DNA of 64,000 bases from an uncultured delta proteobacterium (GCA_963822965.1 CAWGJT010000014.1:416001-480000); one strand, 5' to 3'; numbered from the stretch's first letter, positions 21,342 through 31,952 are shown. Program-made: numbers and translations. Notes: generated by a model from the letters alone, not told the origin.

Positions 21342-21812
21342 TCACACCTCGACGGCCTCGAAGCCCACGCGGCCGTTGGGCTGTAGCCGCGCGAACTACG
21401 CCTCCACGCGGTCGAGGCCCGTCACCCGGCGGACGACGGCGGCGGCGCGTACCAGGTCGGCGCACTGGACGAGCTCCATGCGCCGGTCGGCCAGCTCGAG
21501 ACGCGCGCGGTAGAACGCGCAGTCCTGGTGGGCGACGAGCACGACGCGCTGCAGCTCGTGCGCGTCCACCAGGAAGCGGAGCTCGTCGACGACACCCTGC
21601 TCCTCGAGGTGTGCCTGGGGATGCCCGCCAGGCAGGCGGGGCCCTCCGGGCAGCGCGACGCGGTCGTAGCGGGGCAGCCCGAGGCCGTTCTGGAGGAAGT
21701 CGTCGAAGTGCTCGCCGACGCGCCCGTCCGAGCAGTAGATGGCTGCGGCGTGGATGCGCGCGACCTCGTACGCGAATCGGCTCTCGTAATCGTGCGTGGT
21801 CTTCTTCGACAC
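21342..21812 (-). CDS. Beta-carbonic-anhydrase-like protein (in-frame TAG at 21396-21398; local frame errors)
   Basis: CSDGR and HQDC zinc-ligand motifs; frame continues FARLQPNGRVGFEAVEV to TGA at 21342. Confidence 0.65.
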
Positions 21813-21932
21813 CGGAGGTCTTCTCCTGGAAGGCGATCGACGCGGATCGCCGTGCTGGGTTGCGGGCCTCGACCGCCGAGGCGCGGTGGACCAACGTTAC
21901 CGCGCCACGCCGGGTGTGGCCGGCCCGACGGC

Positions 21933-22879
21933 TCAGTCGACCTGGATCGGGTTGGCCAGCTCGAGGCCGCGGCCCAGCAGCCGGCTCTCCTGCAGCGGCG
22001 CAGCTGGTCCAGGTCGTGGCTGCGACGACCACCAGAGTCGGGATCGTCGAGCATGCCGTGAAGGGGCCGGAACTGGGCCAGCACGTCGCCGCGGTTCTCG
22101 CCGAGGACGTAGTCGGTGACGAGACGAGGGCGGTAGCGGAGCTCGCGAAGCTGGTCCATGTGCCAGGCGACGTCGCCGATGAAGAGGAACCCGCGGCCCC
22201 CCGCCGTCTCGACGTAGACGAGCTGGCTGCCCGGCGTGTGACCCGGGGCGGGGAAGACCACGATGCCGGGTGCGATCGCCCGGGCGCCCCGAGCGGACGG
22301 GCGTGATCGCCTCCATCAGCGCGGCGGGCAGCAGCTCCCGGGTCTGCGGGTTCTCGTACTGGGCGGTGGGCAGGAAGACGCGCGTCGCCAGGCCTTCGAA
22401 CTCCGCCGGGCCACCTCGGCCAGACCCTCGATGTGGTCGGCATGCTCGTGGGTCATCACGACGACCCGCGCGCCGGGCAGCGCGCGTTCAGCCCTTCGAA
22501 GGCGCGCAGCGTCGTAGATGCCGCGCCCGCGCGCGGCCATCTGCTCGAATACCTCCGGCCCGAAGCCGGCGTCGATCAGCGCATAGCTGCCGTCCGGGAT
22601 AGACGACCTGGTAGGCGCCGTGGACCATCGTGTGGGGCGAGAAGTCGAAGCCCGAGAAGAGGGCGGCGCGGGGCAGGCTCGCCTCGGCGATCTTCACGTG
22701 GTTGACGCGCACGGGCAGGTCGCCGGGCAGGCGTGGGCCGCGGGCTGGATCGCCGTCCGGTCGATCGCGTAGTCCGAATGCACGGGGACGTCTTCCCCGC
22801 CCAGCAGGTAGACGCCGGCGCCGGCCGCGAGGAGGAGCAGCAGCGCGATGGTGAGCCCCAGGATCCGCAGGATCCTCAT
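21933..22879 (-). CDS. MBL-fold metallo-hydrolase with N-terminal membrane anchor; heavily frameshifted
   Basis: MRILRILGLTIALLLLLAAG anchor, LIDAG, THEHADHIEG, APGHTPGSQ, IGDVAW in different frames; end approximate. Confidence 0.7.
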
Positions 22880-23011
22880 CGTTTCCCTCCTCCGGGGGAG
22901 ACGCTCGGCGTCGCGCCCGAAGGCTCGGGTGGGTTGCCCATGCGGGAGACTACCATGCGACGCATCCGCAGGGGCCGAAGGACCGGGAAGGTTCGATGGG
23001 CGAACGCGCTC

Positions 23012-24037
23012 TCAGGCGCGGGCGACGACCAGCTTGACGGCGGGCTCGAGGTAGGCGCGGGGCGCCTCCTCCCAGTCGGCCACCCGGGTGGTGACGTGCT
23101 GGGGCTGGAGCCGCCCGGACTCGATCAGCGGCATCACCTCGGGAAGCAGCGCCGCCGCGTGGGCGCGGCCGATGAAGAAGCGGATGCCCAGGGTGTAGAG
23201 CCTGCCCAGGGGCAGCGGCGTCTCGGGTGCGGGGTAGAAGCTCACGCTCTGGAGCGTGCCCTCCGCCCGGGTCGACGCGATCGCATAGCGGAGTCCTTCC
23301 GGTCGCGAGCCGCAGTCCACCACGATCGGGTAGCGATCCCGACGGCGGCCGAAGTCGGTGCGCACGGCCCGGGCGCCGAGCTTCTCGGCCAGCGCGAGGA
23401 CCTCGTCCTGGTCGCTCGCGAAGTCGACCCGCCCCGCCCCGAGCGCCCGCGCGGCCTGCACGCCGTAGAGGGCGAGGCTCGGGGTGCCGTGGCAGACGAA
23501 GAGCACGTCGGCCCCGGGCTGCGCGGCGAGATGAGGCGCCACGCTGCGATAGCCGTCCAGCACGTTGTCGGAGACGCTGGCCAGGCGCCACCGGGTCCGA
23601 CGCCCGCCGGCACGCGGCTGCAGCATGGCCTCGGCGTGGGGCACGCGCACGAGATCCGAGAGCATGCCCCCGTACTCCACGCCGGAGAGCGGCTGCATCC
23701 CGTAGTCGGAGAGCACCGGGTAGGCGTCGCAGCCCGCCGTGTGGCCGGCGTGGCAGGAGGCGCAGCTGCCGCAGGAGAGCTGGAAGGCGACGACCACGTG
23801 CTGCCCGATCTCGAGCCCGCGCACGCCGTCGCCCAGGGCGACGATCTCCGCCACGCACTCGTGGCCCAGCGCGAACGGTCCGCGCGAGGGCAGCAGCCCC
23901 GAGATGAGGAAGGGGTCGATCTCGCAGCGGGCCACCGCCAGCGGCCGTACGAGCGCCTCGCCGTCGCCCGCGAGCCGCGGCTCGGGAACCTCGCGCCATT
24001 CGACCTTCTGCCGACCGGTACAGGTGAGCTGTCTCAT
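23012..24037 (-). CDS. Zinc-binding alcohol dehydrogenase
   Basis: ARCEID, LGHECV, CGSCASCHAGHTAGC, VRVPHAE; short compensated frame error near 23600. Confidence 0.88.
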   Translation of the reverse strand: MRQLTCTGRQKVEWREVPEPRLAGDGEALVRPLAVARCEIDPFLISGLLPSRGPFALGHECVAEIVALGDGVRGLEIGQHVVVAFQLSCGSCASCHAGHTAGCDAYPVLSDYGMQPLSGVEYGGMLSDLVRVPHAEAMLQPRAGGRRTRWRLASVSDNVLDGYRSVAPHLAAQPGADVLFVCHGTPSLALYGVQAARALGAGRVDFASDQDEVLALAEKLGARAVRTDFGRRRDRYPIVVDCGSRPEGLRYAIASTRAEGTLQSVSFYPAPETPLPLGRLYTLGIRFFIGRAHAAALLPEVMPLIESGRLQPQHVTTRVADWEEAPRAYLEPAVKLVVARA

Positions 24038-24128
24038 GGGCGCGGAGGCTACGGGCGGCTCGGGCACGCGGGCAAGCGAATCGTTTGCATGCGCGCGTGC
24101 AGCCCACGCAATCGCAGTCCGCTCCCGA

Positions 24129-25010
24129 TCAGGCGAGCGCGGCGACCAGCCAGTCCCGCAGGGCGACGATGCGCGGGTCGCCGAGACCCTCTTCTCGGCA
24201 GACCAGGTGGTAGGTCGAAGCGGAACGGGTGCGGAGAGGGAAGGGCGCGACCAGGCGGCCGTCGGCCAGCTCGGGTGCGCACAGGATCTCCGTGGAGAGA
24301 GCGACCCCTTGTCCCGAGACGGCGGCGCTCAGGGCGATCTCCACGTGGTCGTACACCACCCGGCGTCGCGGCTCGAGCCCCGCCAGCCCGGCGCGCTCGA
24401 GCCAGCCCCGCCAGGCCTCGGGCGTCTGGGAGATGCCGATGCAGGTGTGGGCCGCCAGATCGCGAGGCTCGCGGAGACCGGGCTCGCCGGCCGCCAGGGC
24501 GGGGCTGCACACCGGAAAGAAGTCGAGGTCGACGAGCGGCTCGGAGTGCAGCCCGTCCCACGGCCCTTCGCCGAAGCGGATCGCCACGTCGACCGGATCG
24601 CGGTCGAAGTCGGCGTAGCGCAGGGTCGCCTCGATCTCGAGCTCGACACCCGGATGAACGGCCTCGAAGCCCGGCAGGTTCGGGATCAGCCACTTCGCGC
24701 TGAAGGACTCGAGAGCGCTGACCCGCAGGGGGCCCGACGGCTGCGGGGCGACCGAGCGCTGGGCGGCGCGGAGTACCGCCAGTGCCTCCTCGACGCGACC
24801 GCGATAGCGCAGCCCCGCGGCGGTCAGCTCGAGGCCCGGGTTCAGCCGGCGGAGGAGCGGCACCCCCAGGTGCTCTTCGAGGCCCTGGATCTGGCGGCTC
24901 ACCGCCGACGGCGACAGCGCGAGCTCGCGCGCCGCCGCCTTGATGCTGAGCGTCCCGGCGACGGCGCAGAACGCGCGCAGGGCCGCGATCGGCGGAAGCT
25001 CATCGCGCAT
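24129..25010 (-). CDS. LysR-family regulator (GcvA-like)
   Basis: LPPIAALRAF...AARELALSPSAVSRQIQGLEEHLG, WLIPNL, VDVAIRFG. Confidence 0.92.
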   Translation of the reverse strand: MRDELPPIAALRAFCAVAGTLSIKAAARELALSPSAVSRQIQGLEEHLGVPLLRRLNPGLELTAAGLRYRGRVEEALAVLRAAQRSVAPQPSGPLRVSALESFSAKWLIPNLPGFEAVHPGVELEIEATLRYADFDRDPVDVAIRFGEGPWDGLHSEPLVDLDFFPVCSPALAAGEPGLREPRDLAAHTCIGISQTPEAWRGWLERAGLAGLEPRRRVVYDHVEIALSAAVSGQGVALSTEILCAPELADGRLVAPFPLRTRSASTYHLVCREEGLGDPRIVALRDWLVAALA

Positions 25011-25077
25011 GGGACGGGTCGCGAACCGAGTCCGTCATGCGGGGGGTCGGCTCCTCTCGGGTGGGCGCGAGGGGCAT

Positions 25078-25112
25078 GGTAGCCCGGGGGTCGGCTCGAC
25101 CCCCGGGCTACC
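25078..25112. repeat. Perfect 16-bp-stem hairpin (GTAG...CTAC; REP-like or terminator)
   Basis: GGTAGCCCGGGGGTCG-GCT-CGACCCCCGGGCTACC. Confidence 0.7.
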
Positions 25113-25172
25113 GATCGACGCCTCGATCCGGGCGCACAGCGCGCGCCCGGGCGCTCCCGCGCGGCGACCGGA

Positions 25173-26006
25173 TCAGAGGTCGAGCTGCTTCGGCGGGCGG
25201 ATCACGATGTCGGCGATGTTGACGTGGGGCGGCTGCGTGACCGCGTAGAGCACGGCCTGGGCCACGTCCGCCGGGTCGCCGAGGAGCTGCGCGAGCTTGT
25301 CGGCCAGCTTCGCGAACACCTCGTCGGGCAGTCGCTCCCCGGGCTTCACCTCGACGTCGAGGCCCGCCATCTTGACGAAGCCGGCCACGAAGGCCGGGTC
25401 GAAGTTGCGCGCGAAGTTGGTCGCGATCGCGCCGGGCATCACGTTGACGACGCGGATCGAGTCGTCCTCGAGCTCCTTCCGGAGGGTCGCGGAGATCGCG
25501 TCGACAGCGTGCTTGGTGGCGCCGTAGACGCCGGAGTCCCGGCGCTGGGCGGCGATGGACGAGATGTTGACGACGTGGCCGTCGGCACCGCAGGCCCGCA
25601 TCGCGCGCACCCCCGCCTGGCAGCCCACGAGCAGCGCCAGCACGTTGGTCTCGAGCATCGTCCGCCACTCCTCGGGATCGCCCTCGAGGATGGGCGCCGG
25701 GTACGAGACGCCGGCATTGTTGACCAGGATGTCGAGGCGTCCGGTCTCGGCGACGGCGGCGTCGACGAGAGCGCGCACCTGGGCGGGATCACGGACGTCG
25801 GCGACCACGCTCTGCGCGCGGCCCCCGGACTCCTCGATCTTCTTCACCGAGGCCTCCATGGAGGCTGCCGTGCGCCCGCTCAGGAAGACGTGGGCGCCCG
25901 CGGCACCGAGGGTCTCCGCGATGGCGCGGCCGATGCCGCTGGAGGCGCCGGTCACGACGGCGGTGCGGCCTTGCAGGGGGGACGTGGGGCTCGGGGTCTC
26001 GCTCAT
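25173..26006 (-). CDS. SDR-family oxidoreductase
   Basis: TGASSGIG, NNAG, YGATK catalytic motif. Confidence 0.93.
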   Translation of the reverse strand: MSETPSPTSPLQGRTAVVTGASSGIGRAIAETLGAAGAHVFLSGRTAASMEASVKKIEESGGRAQSVVADVRDPAQVRALVDAAVAETGRLDILVNNAGVSYPAPILEGDPEEWRTMLETNVLALLVGCQAGVRAMRACGADGHVVNISSIAAQRRDSGVYGATKHAVDAISATLRKELEDDSIRVVNVMPGAIATNFARNFDPAFVAGFVKMAGLDVEVKPGERLPDEVFAKLADKLAQLLGDPADVAQAVLYAVTQPPHVNIADIVIRPPKQLDL

Positions 26007-26048
26007 GGGAAGCTCTCCGGGGTGGGGCGCGCGGGGTGAGATGTCGAA

Positions 26049-26077
26049 TTGACAGTTTCAGTATGAAATGTCACTTT
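26049..26077 (+). promoter_or_regulatory. Sigma70-type promoter overlapped by a palindromic TetR-type operator
   Basis: Perfect TTGACA (26049-54), 17-bp spacer, weak -10 CACTTT; inverted repeat TGACAGTTTCA-GTA-TGAAATGTCA; between divergent SDR and TetR genes. Confidence 0.65.
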
Positions 26078-26084
26078 GTCAAGC

Positions 26085-26708
26085 GTGGTCCCCGATCCCG
26101 ACGGCGCCGGCCGCCGCGAGGCCATCCTCGCCGCCGCCTTCGTGCAGTTCATGCGGTACGGCTATCGCCGCACCGCGATGGAGGACATCGCCCGCGAGAC
26201 GGGCGTCTCCCGGGCCTCGCTCTACCGGCACTTCGCGAACAAGGAGGAGATCTTCCGCTCCCTCGCGGAGGGGCTTCACGACGAGGCCGTCACCGCCGCC
26301 GAATCGGCCCTCAAGGCGCCCGGCCCCGTCGAGGGCCGGGTTCGGGCGGCCCTCGAGGCGAAGAGCGTGCGATTCCTCGAGGTCATGCACGGCTCGCCCC
26401 ACGGCGGCGAGCTGGTGGACGAGAGCAGCCGGCTCTGCGGCGAGCTGGCGTCGGCCAGCGAGGCCCGGGTCCAGAAGCGGCTCACCGAGGCGCTTCGCGC
26501 CGCGGCACGCTCGGGCGAGATCGATCTCGGCGCTGCGGGCCTGAGCGCGGTCGCCGCCGCCGAGCTGCTGGTGCTGGCCGCGGGAGGCCTGAAGCACGGC
26601 GCGGGCGACGTCGACGCCTTCCGCGCGCGGCTGGCCGGCCTGGTGCGGGTCTTCTTCGCCGGGCTGACGGCGTCTTCGGCCTTGCTGACGGCGTCTTCGG
26701 CTTGCTGA
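26085..26708 (+). CDS. TetR/AcrR-family regulator
   Basis: [10 protein letters not shown]...[32 protein letters not shown]; start GTG 26085 or TTG 26076. Confidence 0.92.
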   Translation: MVPDPDGAGRREAILAAAFVQFMRYGYRRTAMEDIARETGVSRASLYRHFANKEEIFRSLAEGLHDEAVTAAESALKAPGPVEGRVRAALEAKSVRFLEVMHGSPHGGELVDESSRLCGELASASEARVQKRLTEALRAAARSGEIDLGAAGLSAVAAAELLVLAAGGLKHGAGDVDAFRARLAGLVRVFFAGLTASSALLTASSAC

Positions 26709-26790
26709 CGGCGTCTTCGGCTTGCTGACGGCGTCTTCGGCTTGCTGACGGCGTCTTCGGCTTGCTGACGGCGTCTTCGGCTTGCTGACG
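26663..26790 (+). repeat. Tandem repeat of 20-nt unit GCTGACGGCGTCTTCGGCTT, 6 copies plus a partial
   Basis: First copy 21 nt, five identical 20-nt copies, then a 7-nt partial; no spacers. Confidence 0.95.
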
Positions 26791-26818
26791 CGGTCGGCCT
26801 GGTGCGGCGGTGGACGGA

Positions 26819-27124
26819 TCAGTCCGCCTCGGCCTTGCGCTGTGCCTCCGCGACCCGGAAGAGAACGAGCGCCGCCTCCGAGTCGCCGTCCGCCGCGCGC
26901 GCGACGATGGCGTCGAAGGCGCTGCGGAGCATGTCGTCCGTGACCGGTGCCACCAGCTCGCTGCTCGCCAGCTGCTCGGCAAGCTCGTCCATCACGGGGC
27001 TCGCGTAGAAGCGGTTGCCACTGTTGCCGACGCCGCTCACGAGGTCGTCTCCGATGCCGCAGGCGAGCGCGCCGACGGCCAGGGCCGCAAGCACCCCGTG
27101 ACTCACCAGACGCGTCTTCTTCAT
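26819..27124 (-). CDS. Small hypothetical lipoprotein
   Basis: GAGGAGG RBS; MKKTRL...VGALAC lipobox. Confidence 0.7.
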   Translation of the reverse strand: MKKTRLVSHGVLAALAVGALACGIGDDLVSGVGNSGNRFYASPVMDELAEQLASSELVAPVTDDMLRSAFDAIVARAADGDSEAALVLFRVAEAQRKAEAD

Positions 27125-27139
27125 CGTGGTTCCTCCTCG

Positions 27140-27794
27140 AGGTTCGACCGAGCAGGTAGGCGCCGGCCCGCTCGAACACGAACGGCGACCGGTGGGGCCG
27201 GCATGGTGCCGAGAGCGGATCGCGGTACACGACGTGGCGACCCCGCCAGTGCACGAGGTCGGGCGAGTCGCGGCGGCGACGATGAAGTGGCCGCCGGAGG
27301 GGGCGGCCGTCGCCGTGTAGTACAGCGCCAGCCGTCGGCCGTTCGCAGGACCATGGGGTCGCGCGCCTCGTAGCCGTCGACGACGAGGGGGTTGCTCGGA
27401 TGTCGCGTCCACGACCACGCGTCGGCCGAGGTGGCCAGGTGGAGCCGGTACGCGGACTTCGATGCGCCCCCGGCGCAGTAGAACATCCAGTAGACCCGTC
27501 GTGAAGAGACGACGTGCGGAGCCCAGAGCTGGGTCTCGCCCACGCGGGGTCGGCCGAGAGCGCGAACGGCTGCTTGCTCCAGGGGCCCTGCAGCGCCGGG
27601 GCCGTGGCGTGGGCGAGGTGCCGCTCGTCGAAGGGCGCCGCCGGCTCGGCGTGGGTGATGCCGATCAGGTGCCAGGTCCCCTCGCGGTCTCGAAAGAAGG
27701 TGTGGTCGTTCAGGTACCAGGGTTCGGGCTCGCCGACGGACGGGTCGTAGACGAGCCGATACGGACCGGCCGACAGCTTCGTCTCTGCCTCCAT
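27140..27794 (-). pseudogene. Glycoside hydrolase of the 5-bladed propeller clans (GH43/GH32-like); frameshifted and 3'-truncated as given
   Basis: [34 protein letters not shown] in shifting frames; runs into the RBS of the next gene. Confidence 0.6.
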
Positions 27795-27936
27795 CGGTCG
27801 CAGCGTAGCCCGGTGGACGCGGGGCGTCGGTGGCGCGCGCCGCGCGCCGCCTCCCGGTAGACTGACGGGCTCCGACGCACGCCGTGCGGTCCGCCGGCAC
27901 GGCTGCACCGGACCCGCTCGAGGAGCGACGCCGCAC

Positions 27937-28470
27937 GTGGACGTCATCGATCCGACCACCCAGGGGTTCACGCGTGCCCTGATCGTGGGCGCCCACCCCG
28001 ACGACGCCGAGTTCTACGCCGGCGGTACGGCGATGCGGCTCGCGCGCGCCGGCTGCGAGGTGCACCTGGTGGTGTGCACCGACGGCCAGCGCGGCTCGCT
28101 CACGGAGCGCTCCGATCTGGGGACGGTGCGTCGGGCCGAGCAGGAAGCTGCCGTGCGGAAGCTCGGCCTCGCGAGCCTCGTGAACCTGGGCCGACCCGAC
28201 GGAGAGCTGGTGCCCGACGGCCCCCTCGTCGCCGAGCTCGTGCGAGCGATCCGGCGCACGCGGCCGGACGTGGTGCTCGTCCACGACCCCGACACCCGCT
28301 ACAAGCGGCTGGGCGGGCGCACCTTCCCGGTCATTCGGACCACCGGGCGGCAGGAGCCGCGACCCTCGACGCCATCTACCCGCGCGCGATCAGCGCGAGC
28401 TTCTTTCCGAGCAGCCGCCGAGCCCGACCTCCAGCTCTGGATGCCCCGACACTTCTGGCTCTTCGACACG
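27937..28470 (+). pseudogene. PIG-L/LmbE-family deacetylase; frameshifted ~28330 and apparently truncated
   Basis: [40 protein letters not shown] (shifted frame). Confidence 0.7.
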
Positions 28471-28551
28471 CGAAGGGACACGCGGGTGTGGAGAGGAGTG
28501 AGACACGCCGAGCGGTTCTTCGACCGCTGTGCGGGGGCGGTCCATCGCAAG

Positions 28552-28759
28552 GTAGCCCGGTGGACGGTGCGGCGTCGGTCGCGCGCGTCGCGACGCGCCT
28601 CCCGGTAGACTGGTGGTCTCCGCTCACTCGTCGCGCGGTCCCGGGGGCGCGGCGGCACGAGACCCGTACGAGGAGCCAGGTCCTTCGTGGACGCCATCGA
28701 TCCGACGGCCCAGGGGTTCACGCGCGCTCTCATCGTGGGGGCCCACCCCGATGACGCCC
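28552..28759 (+). repeat. Diverged direct copy of 27805-28008 (promoter region plus first ~24 codons of the PIG-L gene)
   Basis: Shared blocks GTAGCCCGGTGGACG, GCCTCCCGGTAGACTG, CGAGGAGC, GTGGACG.CATCGATCCGAC..CCCAGGGGTTCACGCG...GCCCACCCCGA.GACGCC. Confidence 0.85.
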
Positions 28760-28903
28760 CCGCCGCCCGCGGATCCGGAACGGCCCGCCCCGGCGGGGCC
28801 CGGAGCCGATTCCGAAAGGCGACTCGGAGTCCGCTGCGCCGGCTCCCGAGCGAGCGAACAGCGCTAACGTCCCCGGCCTGGATTCTCCCATGAGGAAGCT
28901 GGC

Positions 28904-31900
28904 ATGACGTCGTGGTTCCCTGCTGTTCGATTCGCCCGAGTCGTCGCTCTGTTCTGTCTGCTCGTGTGGCCTGCCGTCGCCTTCGCCCAGAGCGACTTCG
29001 TGACCTTCGAGAGCGATCCGGTGCGCCCCATCGCGCTGTCTCCCGACGGCTCGCGCCTCTTCGTCGTGAACATTCCGGACGCGTATCTCGAGGTCTTCGA
29101 CCTGAGCGATCCGCTGGTCCTCGAGCCGGTGGCGTCCATCCCCGTCGGCCTCGAGCCGGTGGCGCTCGTGGCGCTGTCGAACGACGAGGTGTGGGTCGTC
29201 AACCAGCTGTCGGACAGCGTCAGCATCGTGAGCGTCTCGCAGAAGACGGTGACCCGCACCTTGCTCGTGGGCGACGAGCCCCGCGACATCGTGGTGGCGG
29301 ACCCGCCCGGACCCGTCGGCCCGCGCGTCTTCGTCACCACCGCCCATCGGGGCCAGCAGCGCACGGACGCCTCGATCTCCGGGGTGCCGGGGGCCGGCGA
29401 TCCCGAGCTCACCACGGCGGGCGTCGGACGCGCCGACGCGTGGGTCTTCGATCCGGCGAACCTCGGGGCGACCCTCGGCGGAACGCCCCTCCGGATCCTG
29501 ACCTTCTTCACCGACAAGCCGCGCGCCCTGGCGGTGAGCCCCGACGGCAGCGCCGTCTACGTGGCGGGCTTCCATACCGGCAACCAGACCACCGCCGTCA
29601 GCGAGGGAGTCGTCTGCGACGGGTTCGGGGGCGCCGGGCCCTGCGCGGGCGACGGCATCACCTCGCCCGGCGGCCTCGGGGGCGGCAACCTGCCGGGCGG
29701 CAATCCCGGCCCCATCGACAACCACGAGAACATCGACGCGCCGGAGGTCGGTCTCATCGTGAAGTGGGACCCGGTGGACGGCCGCTTCGAGGACGAGCTG
29801 GGCCGCAACTGGAACAACGGCGTTCGCTTCACGCTTCCCGACGAGGACGTCTTCGCGGTGGACGTCGCCACCCTCACCCAGACGGCCGTCCATTCCGGCG
29901 TCGGTACGATCCTCTTCAACATGATCGTCAACCCGTCGAACGGAAAGCTCTACGTCTCGAACACCGACGCCAACAATCTCACCCGCTTCGAGGGGGCCGG
30001 CACCTACGGCGGCTCCACCGTCCAGGGGCACCTGGCGGAGTCCCACATCACGATCATCGACGATCCCGACCTGACGGCCTCGCCCGTCACGCCGCGGCAC
30101 CTCAACAAGCACATCGACTACGCGCTGCTGCCCGCGCCGGCGGGGGTCAAGGAGAAGAGCCTCGCCACCCCGGTCGAGATGGCGATCTCGCCGGACGGCC
30201 TCACCCTCTACGTCGCCGCGTTCGGCTCGGGGAAGATCGGCACCTTCGACACGAGCCAGCTCGAGAGCGACACCTTCACGCCCGACGAGGCCAGCCACAT
30301 CCCGGTGACCGGCGGCGGCCCGGCCGGCCTGGCCCTGTCGGCGGACGGCAGCCTGCTCTACGTCCTGACGCGCTTCGACAACGGGGTCTCGGTGGTGTCA
30401 GACGTCCGGCGCCACCGAGGTGGCGCACTTCGCGCTGCCGGACCCCGAGCCGGCGGCGGTGGTCATCGGACGGCCCATGCTCTACGACGCCCTGGAGTTC
30501 TCGAGCAACGGCGAGGCGTCGTGCTCGAGCTGCCACGTCTTCGGCGACATGGACGACCTGGCCTGGGACCTCGGCGACCCCGACACCGACGTGAAGGCCA
30601 ATCCGCTGGACATCAACTTCGGAGACGTCATTCCCTTCATCGGCCAGGTGCTCGGGCTCACCGTCGAGCTCAACGGCGGCGCGGGCGACTTCGAGTTCCA
30701 CCCCATGAAGGGGCCCATGACGACCCAGACCCTGCGCGGCATGCGCAACGGCGGTGCCATGCACTGGCGGGGCGACCGCTCGGTGGGCATCTTCGGCACG
30801 AGCCAGACCGACGAGAACCTGAGCTTCAAGAACTTCATCGTGGCCTTCGGCGGCCTGCTGGGAGACGACGCCTTCCCCACCGCCGGGCAGATGCAGGACT
30901 TCTCGAACTTCGCCCTCGAGATCACGCTGCCGCCGAACCCCGTCCGGAACCTCGACAACTCCCTCACCACCGCCCAGCAGAACGGCCGCAACTTCTACCT
31001 TGGCACCCGCCGTGCGGACGGCCTGGCGTCAGACCAGTTCGGGTTCACCACGGGCTTCACCTGCAACGGCTGCCACGTGCTCGACGCCGCGCAGGGCTAC
31101 TTCGGAAACGGGGAGCACGGCAGCTTCGAGAACGAGACCCAGCTCGTGAAGATCCCCCACCTGCGCAACATGTATCAGAAGGTGGGCATGTTCGGGCTGC
31201 CGCACGTGCCCTTCGACCTGGCCGGCGACAACGGCTTCAAGGGCGACCAGATCCGGGGCTACGGCTTCCTGCACGACGGCTCCACGGACACGCTGTTCCG
31301 CTTCTTCCAGGCCGTCGTGTTCGCCGGGCAGACCGATCCCGACACGGGCTTCCAGAGCGACGACGAGCGCCGGGACATGGAGCAGTTCATGCTGGCCTTC
31401 GACAGCGACCTGGCCCCCATCGTCGGCCAGCAGATCACCCTCACCGCCTCGAACGGCGGGGTGACGAACCCGCGCGTCGACCTGCTGATCCAGCGCGCCG
31501 ACGCGAGCTTCACCTCCCAGATCCTGGGCGGGGTCGTGACCGAGTGCGACGTGATCGCGAAGGCGGTGGTGGCCGGACAGCCCCTGGGATGGGTGTACAC
31601 GGGCGGCGGCCTGGGCGTGGGCAGCTTCGCGGCGTCGGACGGCACGAACACCACCGATGCGGCCCTGCGCGCCCTGGCGACCGACACGCCGGTGACCTTC
31701 ACCTGCGTCCCGCCGGGCTCGGGAACGCGCATGGGCATCAACCGCGACCGCGACAGCCCTGCTCGACGCGGTGGACAACTGCCCGGGCGTTTCGAACGAT
31801 CCGCAGACGGACACCGACACGGACGGGCTGGGCGACGCCTGCGATCCGACGCCGGTGCCGGAGCCCGGGCAGCTGGCGATGCTGGCGAGCGGGATCGCGC

Positions 31901-31944
31901 TTCTGAGCGTCCTCGGGCGGAAGCGCCTCGCGCGGCGGGCCTGA
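28904..31944 (+). CDS. Secreted YVTN/YncE-type beta-propeller + diheme cytochrome c + TSP3 repeat + PEP-CTERM protein (frameshifts ~30410, ~31758)
   Basis: Signal peptide (AFA-Q), ALSPDG propeller repeats, CSSCH (~30522) and CNGCH (~31062), KIPHLRN, GFLHDG, DNCPGVSNDPQTDTDTDGLGDACD, VPEPGQLAMLASGIALLSVLGRKR. Confidence 0.85.
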
Positions 31945-31952
31945 TCCCCGGC

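Noticed and set aside
21396..21398. Pyrrolysine recoding
   Set aside because: No pyl genes in the window, other genes use TAG as a normal stop, and the region is error-rich
26663..26790. Possible CRISPR array
   Set aside because: Units are head-to-tail with no unique spacers, and there are no cas genes in the window
27805..27815. GTAGCCCGG as a REP family member (also at 28552)
   Set aside because: No palindrome follows; better explained as the minus-strand -10 region within the duplicated segment
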